This document shows, one piece after another, positions 1 to 9,104 of a stretch of DNA of 32,000 nucleotides (positions are counted from its first letter, which is position 1; every line of letters starts with the position of its first letter). A model generated the notes under the pieces. That model saw only the letters and a program-made list of their open reading frames with translations, did not search any database and had not been told where the DNA came from. This DNA is from Candidatus Helarchaeota ASGARD archaeon Hel_GB_B (GTDB taxonomy: Archaea; Asgardarchaeota; Lokiarchaeia; Helarchaeales; HEL-GB-B). The DNA is taken from assembly GCA_005191425.1 (NCBI GenBank), contig SUPR01000008.1:25590-57589 (forward strand), written 5' to 3'. The position numbers were made by a program, and so were the translations under genes.

Positions 1-247
1 CAATTAAGAAGTTTTTTTTCAATAAATTTGCTTTTATTTCATATTTTTTCGTTTAACGTATGTTTTCAAATTATATTTTTAACTATACAAGTGAAAATCT
101 GTTTTTAAAAAGAGGAAAAACTATTAAGTTCATTTTAATATGAAATTTATCAATTAAAAAGATTAATTAATAATAAAAGATGTGATATCTTAACCATCAA
201 AAATTGATCATTTAAAAAGCAAATTTCAACAATATTTTATAATAACG

Positions 248-1537
248 GTGTATATTTTGAAGAAAAATATTAAACCTTATGAGATTTTATATTATGCAAT
301 TTCATTAACCTATGATTTAGTAGATAGAATAGTTATTGAGGATGAGTTGCAAGTTTTAAAATCATATATGAAAAATATGCTACCTGTTCTAGAAGATTCT
401 TTACAAAAAGCTGCAGAAGGGCTACCTATTATTGGATACAATTTTGGGATACCACCAGAAATTTTCTTTTGTTTTGATTGTATACCATTTTGTTTTGAGG
501 CTACTCCATACATTATCTCTGCTCTTTTACCAAGTGGAGTTGAATATTTTTACGATAAAGCTAATGCCTGGGGTCATCCGTACCATACTTGTAGCTCTCA
601 AAAGGGAATAATGGGGATGATACTTGATGGTAAAATTGAATTGGACGCTATTATTACACCTACTTCTCCTTGCGATAATGCAATTGCTTCTTATCAATTT
701 TTTTCAAATTATATAGAAGTTCCAACTATTTATGCAGACATTCCAGCTCTCTATAATAATGAAAGAGCTTTTGAATATTATGCAGAAGAGTTAAAACGTA
801 TGGTCAATAGTGTCTCTAAAATTATAGGCCAAGAGCCAAATTTTGATAATATGATAAAAGCTATTGAATTTAATTCAAAAGCTCATCAATATTTATTAGA
901 AATTCATGAGTTAAAAAAAGCGGTACCTTGTCCTTTTGAAAGTATTATAAATCCAATTATTGCTGCTGCAACAACTTTAATGCCTGGGACCTATGAAAAG
1001 GTAGCTTTTTTTAAGGAAGTCTCTGAAATTGGTAAAAAAAGACTAAAAAGACATGCAGGACGACCAGGTATTGAAAAGTTTAGAAGTATTTGGCCTTATA
1101 TGAGTGTTTTTTATGATTTTAGCTTGTACGAATGGATGGATAGAGAAATGGGGATCTCGCAATTATGGGATATTTTTAATTACTATTTTTATGACCCTAT
1201 TCAGATAAAAAATAAAAAAGATATTGATGATATTTTTTTACAAATTGCAAGCCAAGGGAAGAATTTGCCTATGAACAGACAATCTTTACTTTCTGTAGAT
1301 GTCTTAATTGATGACATGATTTGGCTTGCAAAAGAATATAATTGCGATTTTACGGTTATTATGGAGCATTTAGGATGTAAACAAATGGCGTCAATATCTC
1401 AATTATTAAGAGAAGAATTAATGAACGAATTAGGTATGCCAACACTTATAATTGAGCTGGATGTAGGTGATAAAAGAGTCACTCCAATTGAGTCTATTAG
1501 ATATCAAATGAATGAATTTATAAACACATTACTATAA
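248..1537 (+). CDS. 2-hydroxyacyl-CoA dehydratase / benzoyl-CoA reductase family large subunit (HgdA/BcrB/BzdO-like), intact paralog
   Basis: 429-aa ORF, GTG start (TTG at 257 is an alternative). Family-type motifs GHPYHTCS, TSPCDN, EHLGCKQ and a C-terminal PTLIIELDVGD. Collinear with the interrupted copy at 7785-9053. Confidence 0.85.
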   Translation: MYILKKNIKPYEILYYAISLTYDLVDRIVIEDELQVLKSYMKNMLPVLEDSLQKAAEGLPIIGYNFGIPPEIFFCFDCIPFCFEATPYIISALLPSGVEYFYDKANAWGHPYHTCSSQKGIMGMILDGKIELDAIITPTSPCDNAIASYQFFSNYIEVPTIYADIPALYNNERAFEYYAEELKRMVNSVSKIIGQEPNFDNMIKAIEFNSKAHQYLLEIHELKKAVPCPFESIINPIIAAATTLMPGTYEKVAFFKEVSEIGKKRLKRHAGRPGIEKFRSIWPYMSVFYDFSLYEWMDREMGISQLWDIFNYYFYDPIQIKNKKDIDDIFLQIASQGKNLPMNRQSLLSVDVLIDDMIWLAKEYNCDFTVIMEHLGCKQMASISQLLREELMNELGMPTLIIELDVGDKRVTPIESIRYQMNEFINTLL

Positions 1538-1560
1538 TATTTTAAATTCGTTTTATCATA

Positions 1561-2454
1561 TTATTTTATTTTTTCTATTTGTGCCTGTCTTTTTGCAAGT
1601 AAATATGTACTTATAATCACAAATATTGTTCCAAAAAGCATTAATGGTGTTGATAAAATATTTGGGGGGATTAATAGATAAACGGACAAGTAATAGAATG
1701 GTGGCGATATTAAAATCGGAAACTGTTGGATTACAATCATATTACTTGCTTGACCAAATTTAAAAGCCTGATTAATTTTGGCAAGAGCAAATATATTAGT
1801 GAATATTAATATTATACAAGCAATTACAAAAATTACTAGCTCAATTAATAGTGCATTATTATTTAATACTTGAATAATTACTCCTAATAATGGACTTATC
1901 CAAAAATTAGATAAGGCTAACATGAGACCGGAAATAAGAGCTGCAGAAATACCCGGGTATTTTTCTTTTTTTTGGAGAATTTCGAATATGATTGATAAAA
2001 ATAAAAAGATTGCTGTAAAGATAGAAATTCTTATAATCAATCCTAAATCAAGAAAATTTATTAAATCGACATTTATGTCCATATTACTTAGTCCTATTAG
2101 ACATGTGGCAATTATCATAAGACCAATTCCAAAAATTTCAGTGACACCAAGATGCTCTTTTAAAATATAAACTGAGCCAATTGCTAATACTATTAACCCA
2201 GATGCCATGAGTCCTGGAATTAAAGTAGGGCCAATATAATTCTGAGCTAATAAAAAAAGTATTACTCCTATTACCATCTGAAATATCAACCCTAATAACC
2301 ATAGCGGATTTTTAATTAAAGAACGCATAAATTTCTCTTCATTAGAAACTCTATTTACAACTTTTTTCTGTAAAATAGTACCAATATTATTGCTAATCCC
2401 GGATAATATAGCAAAAAAGACTCCAAGCCAATAATCTGACAAATTCCACCACAA
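1561..2454 (-). CDS. DMT-superfamily membrane transporter, NIPA/EamA-like
   Basis: 297 aa, TTG start, about 9 hydrophobic segments. NNIGTILQK, NPLWLLG and ILKEHLGVTEIFG resemble NIPA/DMT repeats. Confidence 0.7.
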   Translation of the reverse strand: MWWNLSDYWLGVFFAILSGISNNIGTILQKKVVNRVSNEEKFMRSLIKNPLWLLGLIFQMVIGVILFLLAQNYIGPTLIPGLMASGLIVLAIGSVYILKEHLGVTEIFGIGLMIIATCLIGLSNMDINVDLINFLDLGLIIRISIFTAIFLFLSIIFEILQKKEKYPGISAALISGLMLALSNFWISPLLGVIIQVLNNNALLIELVIFVIACIILIFTNIFALAKINQAFKFGQASNMIVIQQFPILISPPFYYLSVYLLIPPNILSTPLMLFGTIFVIISTYLLAKRQAQIEKIK

Positions 2455-2862
2455 AAAATATTTGAATATAATTTGATTTAATTCTAATTTTTAAATTTTA
2501 AATTTTTCTGAATTCTAAATTTTTATTTCGTAAAATTAAAAATAAAAATTAAAACAATAGGCTCCTATAAATTTTTTTTGGGGTTGTTTATCCATATATT
2601 ATGGATTTTATACCAATTTCTACAAGTTTTTTTTGACTTTTTTTAATTATTAAAAATACATTATATTAATTGGTTGAGATTAAAGAAATCTGTTAGAATA
2701 AATTATATAAGAGGAAATGTTTTTTCATTAATACTATGAATTATTTATTTTAATTCAGTTTTAATTAATATTTTAGACCTATTAAAAATCAGAAATATTT
2801 ATTATTATAAAATCATATAAATCTCAAATATATCTAATCATTTTAAAAGAGCGATATTAATC

Positions 2863-3372
2863 ATGACCATATCTAAAATAAAAGAGTTCAATGCATTAAC
2901 TTATGAACAAATTAAATTGAATGTTTTAGCTAATCTATTTAGAATGCTTGTAGATATTTATGGTTATCCAAAAGCCAAGAAAAATCTATCAAAAATTGAG
3001 AGTGAAGAGATTTATGTACATTTTCCATATTTAAAAGGCGGGATAATTTTCAGGCCACATGGTGAAAGAGTAATTGGACAAGTAGTAAAGGAACTTAAGG
3101 ACTCAGAAAAACCAAAGGCAAGGCTTAATTTCAAGGTTAAAGATGAAAAAATTTATGATGTAATTGAGAAAATAATAAAATATAAATCGAATAATTGGAG
3201 CATTCTAAAAGTATTTTTTAAATATATACTTACTGGAAAAGTAGGACTTTCTATTCTTAAAGTAGGGACTATTATTGTTCTTTTTAAGTGTCTGATGATT
3301 GGAGACCATCCAATGTATAAAGAAGTTGACATTAGTGATTTTAGTAAACAAGAACAATTAGGTGGTGTTTAA
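2863..3372 (+). CDS. Hypothetical protein, possibly a divergent SCP2-like lipid-binding domain
   Basis: 169 aa, first gene of a tight operon. The segment KPKARLNFKVK...YILTGKVGL echoes the SCP2 'P-x-x-x-hydrophobic ... GK-hydrophobic' pattern; weak. Confidence 0.45.
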   Translation: MTISKIKEFNALTYEQIKLNVLANLFRMLVDIYGYPKAKKNLSKIESEEIYVHFPYLKGGIIFRPHGERVIGQVVKELKDSEKPKARLNFKVKDEKIYDVIEKIIKYKSNNWSILKVFFKYILTGKVGLSILKVGTIIVLFKCLMIGDHPMYKEVDISDFSKQEQLGGV

Positions 3373-3375
3373 ATT

Positions 3376-3732
3376 ATGGAAATACCTGATGAGCCAGATG
3401 ATATTTTAGGTTTAGGGATTTATCGTAGAATAAAAACAGTAACAGAGATCAGTCCTGATTTTAAAAAGTTTGTCAATAATTTAAATGAAAATATCTTATT
3501 ATCTACTGATTATTATGATTTTATGATTAAATTTAAAGATGAAAATTTTGAAGTAACAAGAGAAATTGAGAATCCTACTATTATAATCAAAATTAAAATT
3601 GAAGAATTCTTTAAAATTATGGAAAAAAGGACTTCTATGGTATTTTCATTTTTAAAAGGAAAAATGAAATTTAAAAAGGGTTTAACTAAACTTTTTAAAG
3701 TGTATAAATTGTTTGGAAATATTTTAAGCTGA
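3376..3732 (+). CDS. SCP2 sterol/lipid-binding domain protein
   Basis: 118 aa. NPTIIIKIKIEEFFKIMEKRTSMVFSFLKGKMKFKKGL fits the C-terminal SCP2 pattern. Starts 3 bp after the previous stop, with GGTG upstream. Confidence 0.7.
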   Translation: MEIPDEPDDILGLGIYRRIKTVTEISPDFKKFVNNLNENILLSTDYYDFMIKFKDENFEVTREIENPTIIIKIKIEEFFKIMEKRTSMVFSFLKGKMKFKKGLTKLFKVYKLFGNILS

Positions 3733-3736
3733 AATT

Positions 3737-5224
3737 ATGAAAAAATTAGTAGGGTGTGATAAATTGTTAGAAAGTAGTGAAAAACATGACATTATCAAGG
3801 AGAGCCTAATAAAAATTGTCGGAGAGCAATGGTATTCAGATTTTCCTGAAGAATTATTGATATATTCCTATGATATGACCGAAAATGACCCCAGTTTACC
3901 TGAATTTGTAGTAATGCCCAGGACTTCTGAAGAAATTCAGAAAATATTAAAATTTGCAAATGAAACTAAAACACCTGTCGTTCCATTTATTAGTGGAAAT
4001 AATGTGGGCGGACTTACAATACCTTTAAAGGGGGGAATTGTTGTAGATTTGAAACGAATGGACTCTATTTTACATTTTAATGAAGATGATATGTATGTCA
4101 TAATAGAACCTGGTGTTACATTTGGTCATTTGCATGCTTTTTTGGAAAAAACTAATTATAGGTATTGTTATCCATTTGCACCGCCATTTACTTCTGTTAT
4201 AGCAAATGCACTTCTTGATGGACTGAATAATTTGAGTTTAAGACACGGAAGTATGAATGAATGGATAAATGGGATTGAAGCAATACTTCCAAATGGTGAT
4301 TTAGTTAAAATAGGAACTTGCTGTGCTTGGGGTGATAATTATGATTTATGGTGGAGTAGGAACCCCATGCCCGATCTTCTTGGTCTTTTTACCAGTTGGC
4401 AAGGTATGACTGGTATTGTCACGAAGATGGCAGTTCAAGTATGGCCTCGAAGACCAATTAGGGATTGGAGGATTGTTTTATCTTTTAATGTTGAAGAGAC
4501 TTACAAATTTGTAAAGACTCTTACTCATTTAGAAATATTAAATGATATTCTTTTTATGTCAATTGAAACTGTAAAAATGATTGCTGGAGTACCATACGGT
4601 AAAGCCAAATATTTAGAAGGGGAGCCTCGTTGGGTTTGTCTATTAGATTTTTCTGCAAATACTAAATTAGAATATGAAGCTAAATTAGATATGATTAATA
4701 CTGCTTTTAAAAAATTAAAAGAGGTCGACCCAAAAGCTAATATGACTAATCTTGATGTAATGGAAAAGTTTTACGGAAAAAAAGTCGGTGATATAAAAAA
4801 TTTACCTGTCACGATTGGCCCAATGCTCGAATATGGCGGTCTAACATGGATGGGTACATATATGACAACAAAAACCGAAGCAGTCGTTAATGGAATAAAG
4901 ACTGCCTTTGATTTAATTGATAAATATAGATTTGAAAAATGCTTGTATTCTAGGTCTATGAAAGGGCATCATTATTTTGCATTTAGGTTTCTTTTACGTT
5001 TTTCTAAATTACAAGAAGGAGAAACTGAACGTATGCAAAAATTACAAGAAGAGTTGTTTAATAGTTTGTTTGAACTTGGTGCATTTCCATATAAGACTCC
5101 TGCTCGGTTTGCAAAACAGATTTTAAAGCGAGCAGACCCAAATTGGGTTAATTTGCTAAAAACTATAAAAAGTACAATTGATCCAAATGGTATAATGAAT
5201 CCAGGAAGATGGGGCTTAGAATGA
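3737..5224 (+). CDS. FAD-linked oxidase/dehydrogenase (GlcD / D-lactate dehydrogenase / VAO fold)
   Basis: 495 aa with PEFVVMP, SGNNVGG, VDLKRMD, EPGVTFG, GMTGIVTK and terminal DPNGIMNPGRW. Confidence 0.9.
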   Translation: MKKLVGCDKLLESSEKHDIIKESLIKIVGEQWYSDFPEELLIYSYDMTENDPSLPEFVVMPRTSEEIQKILKFANETKTPVVPFISGNNVGGLTIPLKGGIVVDLKRMDSILHFNEDDMYVIIEPGVTFGHLHAFLEKTNYRYCYPFAPPFTSVIANALLDGLNNLSLRHGSMNEWINGIEAILPNGDLVKIGTCCAWGDNYDLWWSRNPMPDLLGLFTSWQGMTGIVTKMAVQVWPRRPIRDWRIVLSFNVEETYKFVKTLTHLEILNDILFMSIETVKMIAGVPYGKAKYLEGEPRWVCLLDFSANTKLEYEAKLDMINTAFKKLKEVDPKANMTNLDVMEKFYGKKVGDIKNLPVTIGPMLEYGGLTWMGTYMTTKTEAVVNGIKTAFDLIDKYRFEKCLYSRSMKGHHYFAFRFLLRFSKLQEGETERMQKLQEELFNSLFELGAFPYKTPARFAKQILKRADPNWVNLLKTIKSTIDPNGIMNPGRWGLE

Positions 5225-6390
5225 GTGAAACTGAAGCAATTAATAAATATGTTGAAGAAATATATTGTTGTACAAGATGTGGGACATGTAAATATATATA
5301 TCAAGTTTATGATCCATCATGTCCCGCAGGCGTAAAATTCCGGTTTGAAACTTTTTATCCAAGTGGTAAAATTCATATTGCTAGAGGACTAATTGAAGGT
5401 AAAATTGAATGGAGTGAGCGAATTCGTGATATAATTTTTGCTTGTCCAACTTGTGCAAACTGTACAATTCAATGTCAATCAAGGCATCATGCACAGATTG
5501 TCGAAATAATTGAAGCATTAAGAGCTGATGCTGTTAGTAAAGGATTTGGACCCCTGCCTAATCAAAAGGCATTTGCCGATTCGGTTAAAAAGGAACATAA
5601 CCCTTACAAAGAAAAGCATAGCGATAGAATAAAATGGGCTAAAAATCTTGCCATCCCACAAAAAGACAAGGCTGAAATTTTGTATTTCGTTGGTTGTACT
5701 TCCTCATATAGACAGCAATCCTTGGCTCAAAAAACAGTTGAAATATTAAATAAACTTGGAGTAGATTATATTGTTTCCAGTGATGAATGGTGTTGTGGTT
5801 CTCCTTTAATAAGGACTGGCCAATTAGAACAAGTATCTCAATTAATTAATCATAATTTAGATTTAATCAAAAGTCTAGGGGTAAAAACTGTCATTACTTC
5901 ATGCGCTGGTTGCTATAGGACTTTAAAAATGGACTATCCTAAATATACCGATAAATTAGATGGAATTGAATTCCTCCACATTACAGAATTTCTACAGCAA
6001 TTCATTTCTAAAAAGAAATTAAAATTTAAAAAAGGAAAAGAATTTAAAGTCACTTACCACGACCCTTGTCATTTAGGTCGCCATTCTAATATCTATGAAG
6101 AGCCAAGGGCAGTATTAAACGCAATTCCTGGACTGAAGCTCATTGAAATGCCTCGAAATAGAGAAAATGCTTGGTGTTGTGGAGCTGGCGGCGGTGTAAA
6201 GGCAGGATATAAAGAATGGGCGGTCGAAATCGCATCTGACAGAATCCATGAAGCAGAACAGATTAATGCTGAAATATTGACCAGTGCATGCCCTTTTTGC
6301 AAAACTAATCTCCAAGATGCTATTAATGAAACAAATTCTAACATAAAATTCATGGACATTGTAGAACTTTTAAACGAAGTGATTATATAA
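5221..6390 (+). CDS. (Fe-S)-binding CCG-domain oxidoreductase subunit (GlcF/GlpC/HdrD-like)
   Basis: Two ferredoxin-type motifs (CTRCGTC...CP and CPTCANCTIQC) and CCG motifs (FVGC, WCCGSP, SCAGC, HDPCHLGR, CCGAGGG, SACPFC). Likely start is ATG 5221, an ATGA overlap with the upstream stop; the ORF track starts at 5209. Confidence 0.92.
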   Translation: MSETEAINKYVEEIYCCTRCGTCKYIYQVYDPSCPAGVKFRFETFYPSGKIHIARGLIEGKIEWSERIRDIIFACPTCANCTIQCQSRHHAQIVEIIEALRADAVSKGFGPLPNQKAFADSVKKEHNPYKEKHSDRIKWAKNLAIPQKDKAEILYFVGCTSSYRQQSLAQKTVEILNKLGVDYIVSSDEWCCGSPLIRTGQLEQVSQLINHNLDLIKSLGVKTVITSCAGCYRTLKMDYPKYTDKLDGIEFLHITEFLQQFISKKKLKFKKGKEFKVTYHDPCHLGRHSNIYEEPRAVLNAIPGLKLIEMPRNRENAWCCGAGGGVKAGYKEWAVEIASDRIHEAEQINAEILTSACPFCKTNLQDAINETNSNIKFMDIVELLNEVII

Positions 6391-6646
6391 ATAATTTGAC
6401 TCAATGCTTCTTTTAATTATTTAATTAATCCAATTATCTTTTAATTATTCCTTTTATTATTAAAAAAATCTCATAAGAAATAATAACTATTTAGTAACAA
6501 TACTAAAAAAGTTAATAAACTTTATTTGATGCTTTATTTAATCCTTCTTGTTATAAATGCTTTTATCGAAACCATTTTATTCTTAATTGATATATGATTT
6601 TTACTACATGATTAAATTTTATAAATAACTTAAACAGTGGACTGTC

Positions 6647-7783
6647 ATGGACTTAGATAATTTGGATTTTATTAAGCTCTCTCAAACTATTTATAATGAT
6701 TATATTGATAATTGGAAAAAAAATAATAAAAAAGTTTATGGATATTATTGTTCTTATATCCCTGAAGAAGTATTATATGCAATGGAAATACTACCATTTC
6801 GTATTAGAGGGACTGGTTGTAATGATACTGCCTTAGCTGACTCAATTTTGTCTCATTTCAATTGTAGTTTTGTCCGATGTACTTTAAATTTAGTAATGGA
6901 AGGTAAGTATGATTTTTTAGATGGAATGGTATTTAGCAATTCATGTGATCATGTCAGAAGGCAGTATGATATTTGGAACCATAAAATTATGAAAGGAAAG
7001 GATTTTCCTTTAATTTTTCTGTCAATTCCACATAAAATTACTGAAGCAGGGCTGGCTTGGCTAAAAGAGGAATATTCTTTATTAATAAAAAAGCTTGAAG
7101 ATGACCAAAAAAAAGCGTTTGATGAAGATAATTTAATAGATATTATTAATATTTTTAATAAAAATAAGCAATTACTAAAAAGTGTTCTCAAGTTCAAAAC
7201 AGCAAAAGAACCAAAATTAAAAGGCAGCGAATTTTGTAAAATTATGATCGCAAATTCATCTATTCCAAAAGAAGATAGTAATAATGAATTGGAAAAAGTT
7301 ATAGAAACATTAAAGGAGAGAGAAAATCTTAAAGATTACAAAGCTAGATTTATGCTTGTTGGTAGCTATGTAGATAACCCCGATTTTTACAAAATTTTTG
7401 AAGATGTAGGTGGTTTAATAGTTACTGATTCATTATGTTATGGTCTTAGATATTTCTGGAATGAAATTAAAGTGTCTAAAGAGCCACTTTTAGAAGTAAT
7501 AAATTCATATTATAATAAGATTTCATGTCCTAGAATGATGGATCAACATCAGCAAAGACTGGATTTTATTAAAGGTCAAATTAAAGAGTCAAATATCGAC
7601 GGAGTAATATTAGAGCGTATGGAGTTTTGTGACTTACACGGCGTCGATAATATGCTCTTACAGCATGAATTAGAAGATATCGGCATCCCCGTTTTGAGTC
7701 TAGATAGAGAATATTTGTTAAGTGATATTGCTAGATTTAAAACTAGAGCAGAAGCATTTATTGAGCAAATTTTAGTGAGTTAA
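6647..7783 (+). CDS. 2-hydroxyacyl-CoA dehydratase / benzoyl-CoA reductase family small subunit (HgdB/BcrC/BzdN-like)
   Basis: 378 aa with GYYCSYIPEE, NCSFVR, SNSCDHVRR, DSLCYG, CPRM, FCDLHG and RFKTRAEAFIE. Confidence 0.9.
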   Translation: MDLDNLDFIKLSQTIYNDYIDNWKKNNKKVYGYYCSYIPEEVLYAMEILPFRIRGTGCNDTALADSILSHFNCSFVRCTLNLVMEGKYDFLDGMVFSNSCDHVRRQYDIWNHKIMKGKDFPLIFLSIPHKITEAGLAWLKEEYSLLIKKLEDDQKKAFDEDNLIDIINIFNKNKQLLKSVLKFKTAKEPKLKGSEFCKIMIANSSIPKEDSNNELEKVIETLKERENLKDYKARFMLVGSYVDNPDFYKIFEDVGGLIVTDSLCYGLRYFWNEIKVSKEPLLEVINSYYNKISCPRMMDQHQQRLDFIKGQIKESNIDGVILERMEFCDLHGVDNMLLQHELEDIGIPVLSLDREYLLSDIARFKTRAEAFIEQILVS

Positions 7784-7784
7784 A

Positions 7785-9053
7785 ATATCTAGTAGAATTA
7801 AAGCTGTTGAAATTATTTACCGTGCAAGTGACTTAACTCTTGACCTTGTAAATAGAGTAATGACAGAAAATGAAATGGTAATTTTGAAAAGTTTCCTGAA
7901 AAATTTAATTTCTCATTTTGAAGATATCTTACAAAAAGCTGAAGAAGGTGTGCCAATAATCGGACATCATTTTGGGTTTCCTGGCGAAGTCTTACAATGT
8001 TTTGATAATATAGCAACTGTTTCTTTTGAAGCATTACCATATTTATATTCCGCATTGTTTCCACAAGGTAGCGAATATTTCTATGATGTAATGAATGGTT
8101 GGGGACATCCATATCATGTCTGTACCGCAATAAAAGGCCTTTTGGGTATGTTTAAAGAAAATTTATTAAATTTTGATGTCGTGCTATGTCCTTCAGGGCC
8201 ATGTGATAATGGTATTGGGAGTTATCCTGCTTATGCACAAATTGGAAAAATACCTTTAATAGTTGCTGATATGCCCTATTTACATAATGAACGCGGATAT
8301 TATTATTATGCTCGGGAATTAAAATCGGCATTAGAAAAAATTTAAAAAATTATAGGTCAAGAACCCGATTATTCTAGATTTAAAAAAGCAATTGAATATA
8401 GCAACAAAGCTCATGAATATTTTACTGAAATTAACCAATTAAGGAGGCTAGCTCCATGTCCTCTTGAGAGTATGGCAAATCCAATAATAACAGCAGCACA
8501 TGCTTTTTTGTCAGGTAAGCCACAATATACTAACTTTTTTAAAGATGTTTATGAAATTGCAAAAAAACGAGTAAAAAATAACCAAGGACGCTTTGGAGAA
8601 GAGAAGTTTCGGTCTATATGGCCATATATGTCTATCTTTTTCGATTTTAGCTTCTATGATTGGATGGACCGAGATTTAGGAATGAGCCAAATAATTGATA
8701 TTTTCAATCATTTCTTTTTCGATCAAGTATCTACTAAAAATATCGATGAAATGTTCTTAGGGCTTGCTAAAAAGTGGCATGAATATCCTATGATCAGACA
8801 AAGTCAGAGTTTTATAGATCAGATGATTGATGATTATGTGTGGGCAATAAAAGAATTTAAAATAGACTGTGCAATATTGACTGAACATATCGGTTGTAAA
8901 GCTCTTGCTGCTACAACACAAATCTTAAAAGAAGTTTTAAGAGACGAAGGTGTACCAATGTGTAATATCGAAATTGATGTTGGTGATAAGCGGTTCACAT
9001 CTATAGATTCAGTAAAACATGAAATTACTGAATTTGTAAAAACCATGCTCTAA
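7785..9053 (+). pseudogene. Dehydratase/reductase large subunit (HgdA/BcrB-like) interrupted by an in-frame TAA at 8343-8345
   Basis: ORFs 7860-8345 and 8472-9053 are in the same frame. Reading through gives LEKI*KIIGQEPDYSRFKKAIEYSNKAHEY..., which aligns without gaps to VNSVSKIIGQEPNFDNMIKAIEFNSKAHQY in the 248-1537 paralog. Homology also extends upstream of ATG 7860. A true pseudogene and a consensus error cannot be distinguished here. Confidence 0.8.
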
Positions 9054-9104
9054 TTTTTTATTTTACTTATCCATTTTGGACTAATTGTTTTAAAATTATT
9101 TAAT

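Noticed and set aside
8343-8345. Selenocysteine or pyrrolysine readthrough, or an alternative genetic code
   Set aside because: The codon is TAA, not TGA or TAG; it aligns to Ser; and TAA terminates many neighbouring genes.
8442-8472. AGGAGG as a ribosome-binding site for an independent downstream half-gene
   Set aside because: It is two Arg codons of the ancestral frame. The ATG at normal spacing (8456) is out of frame and stops after three codons.
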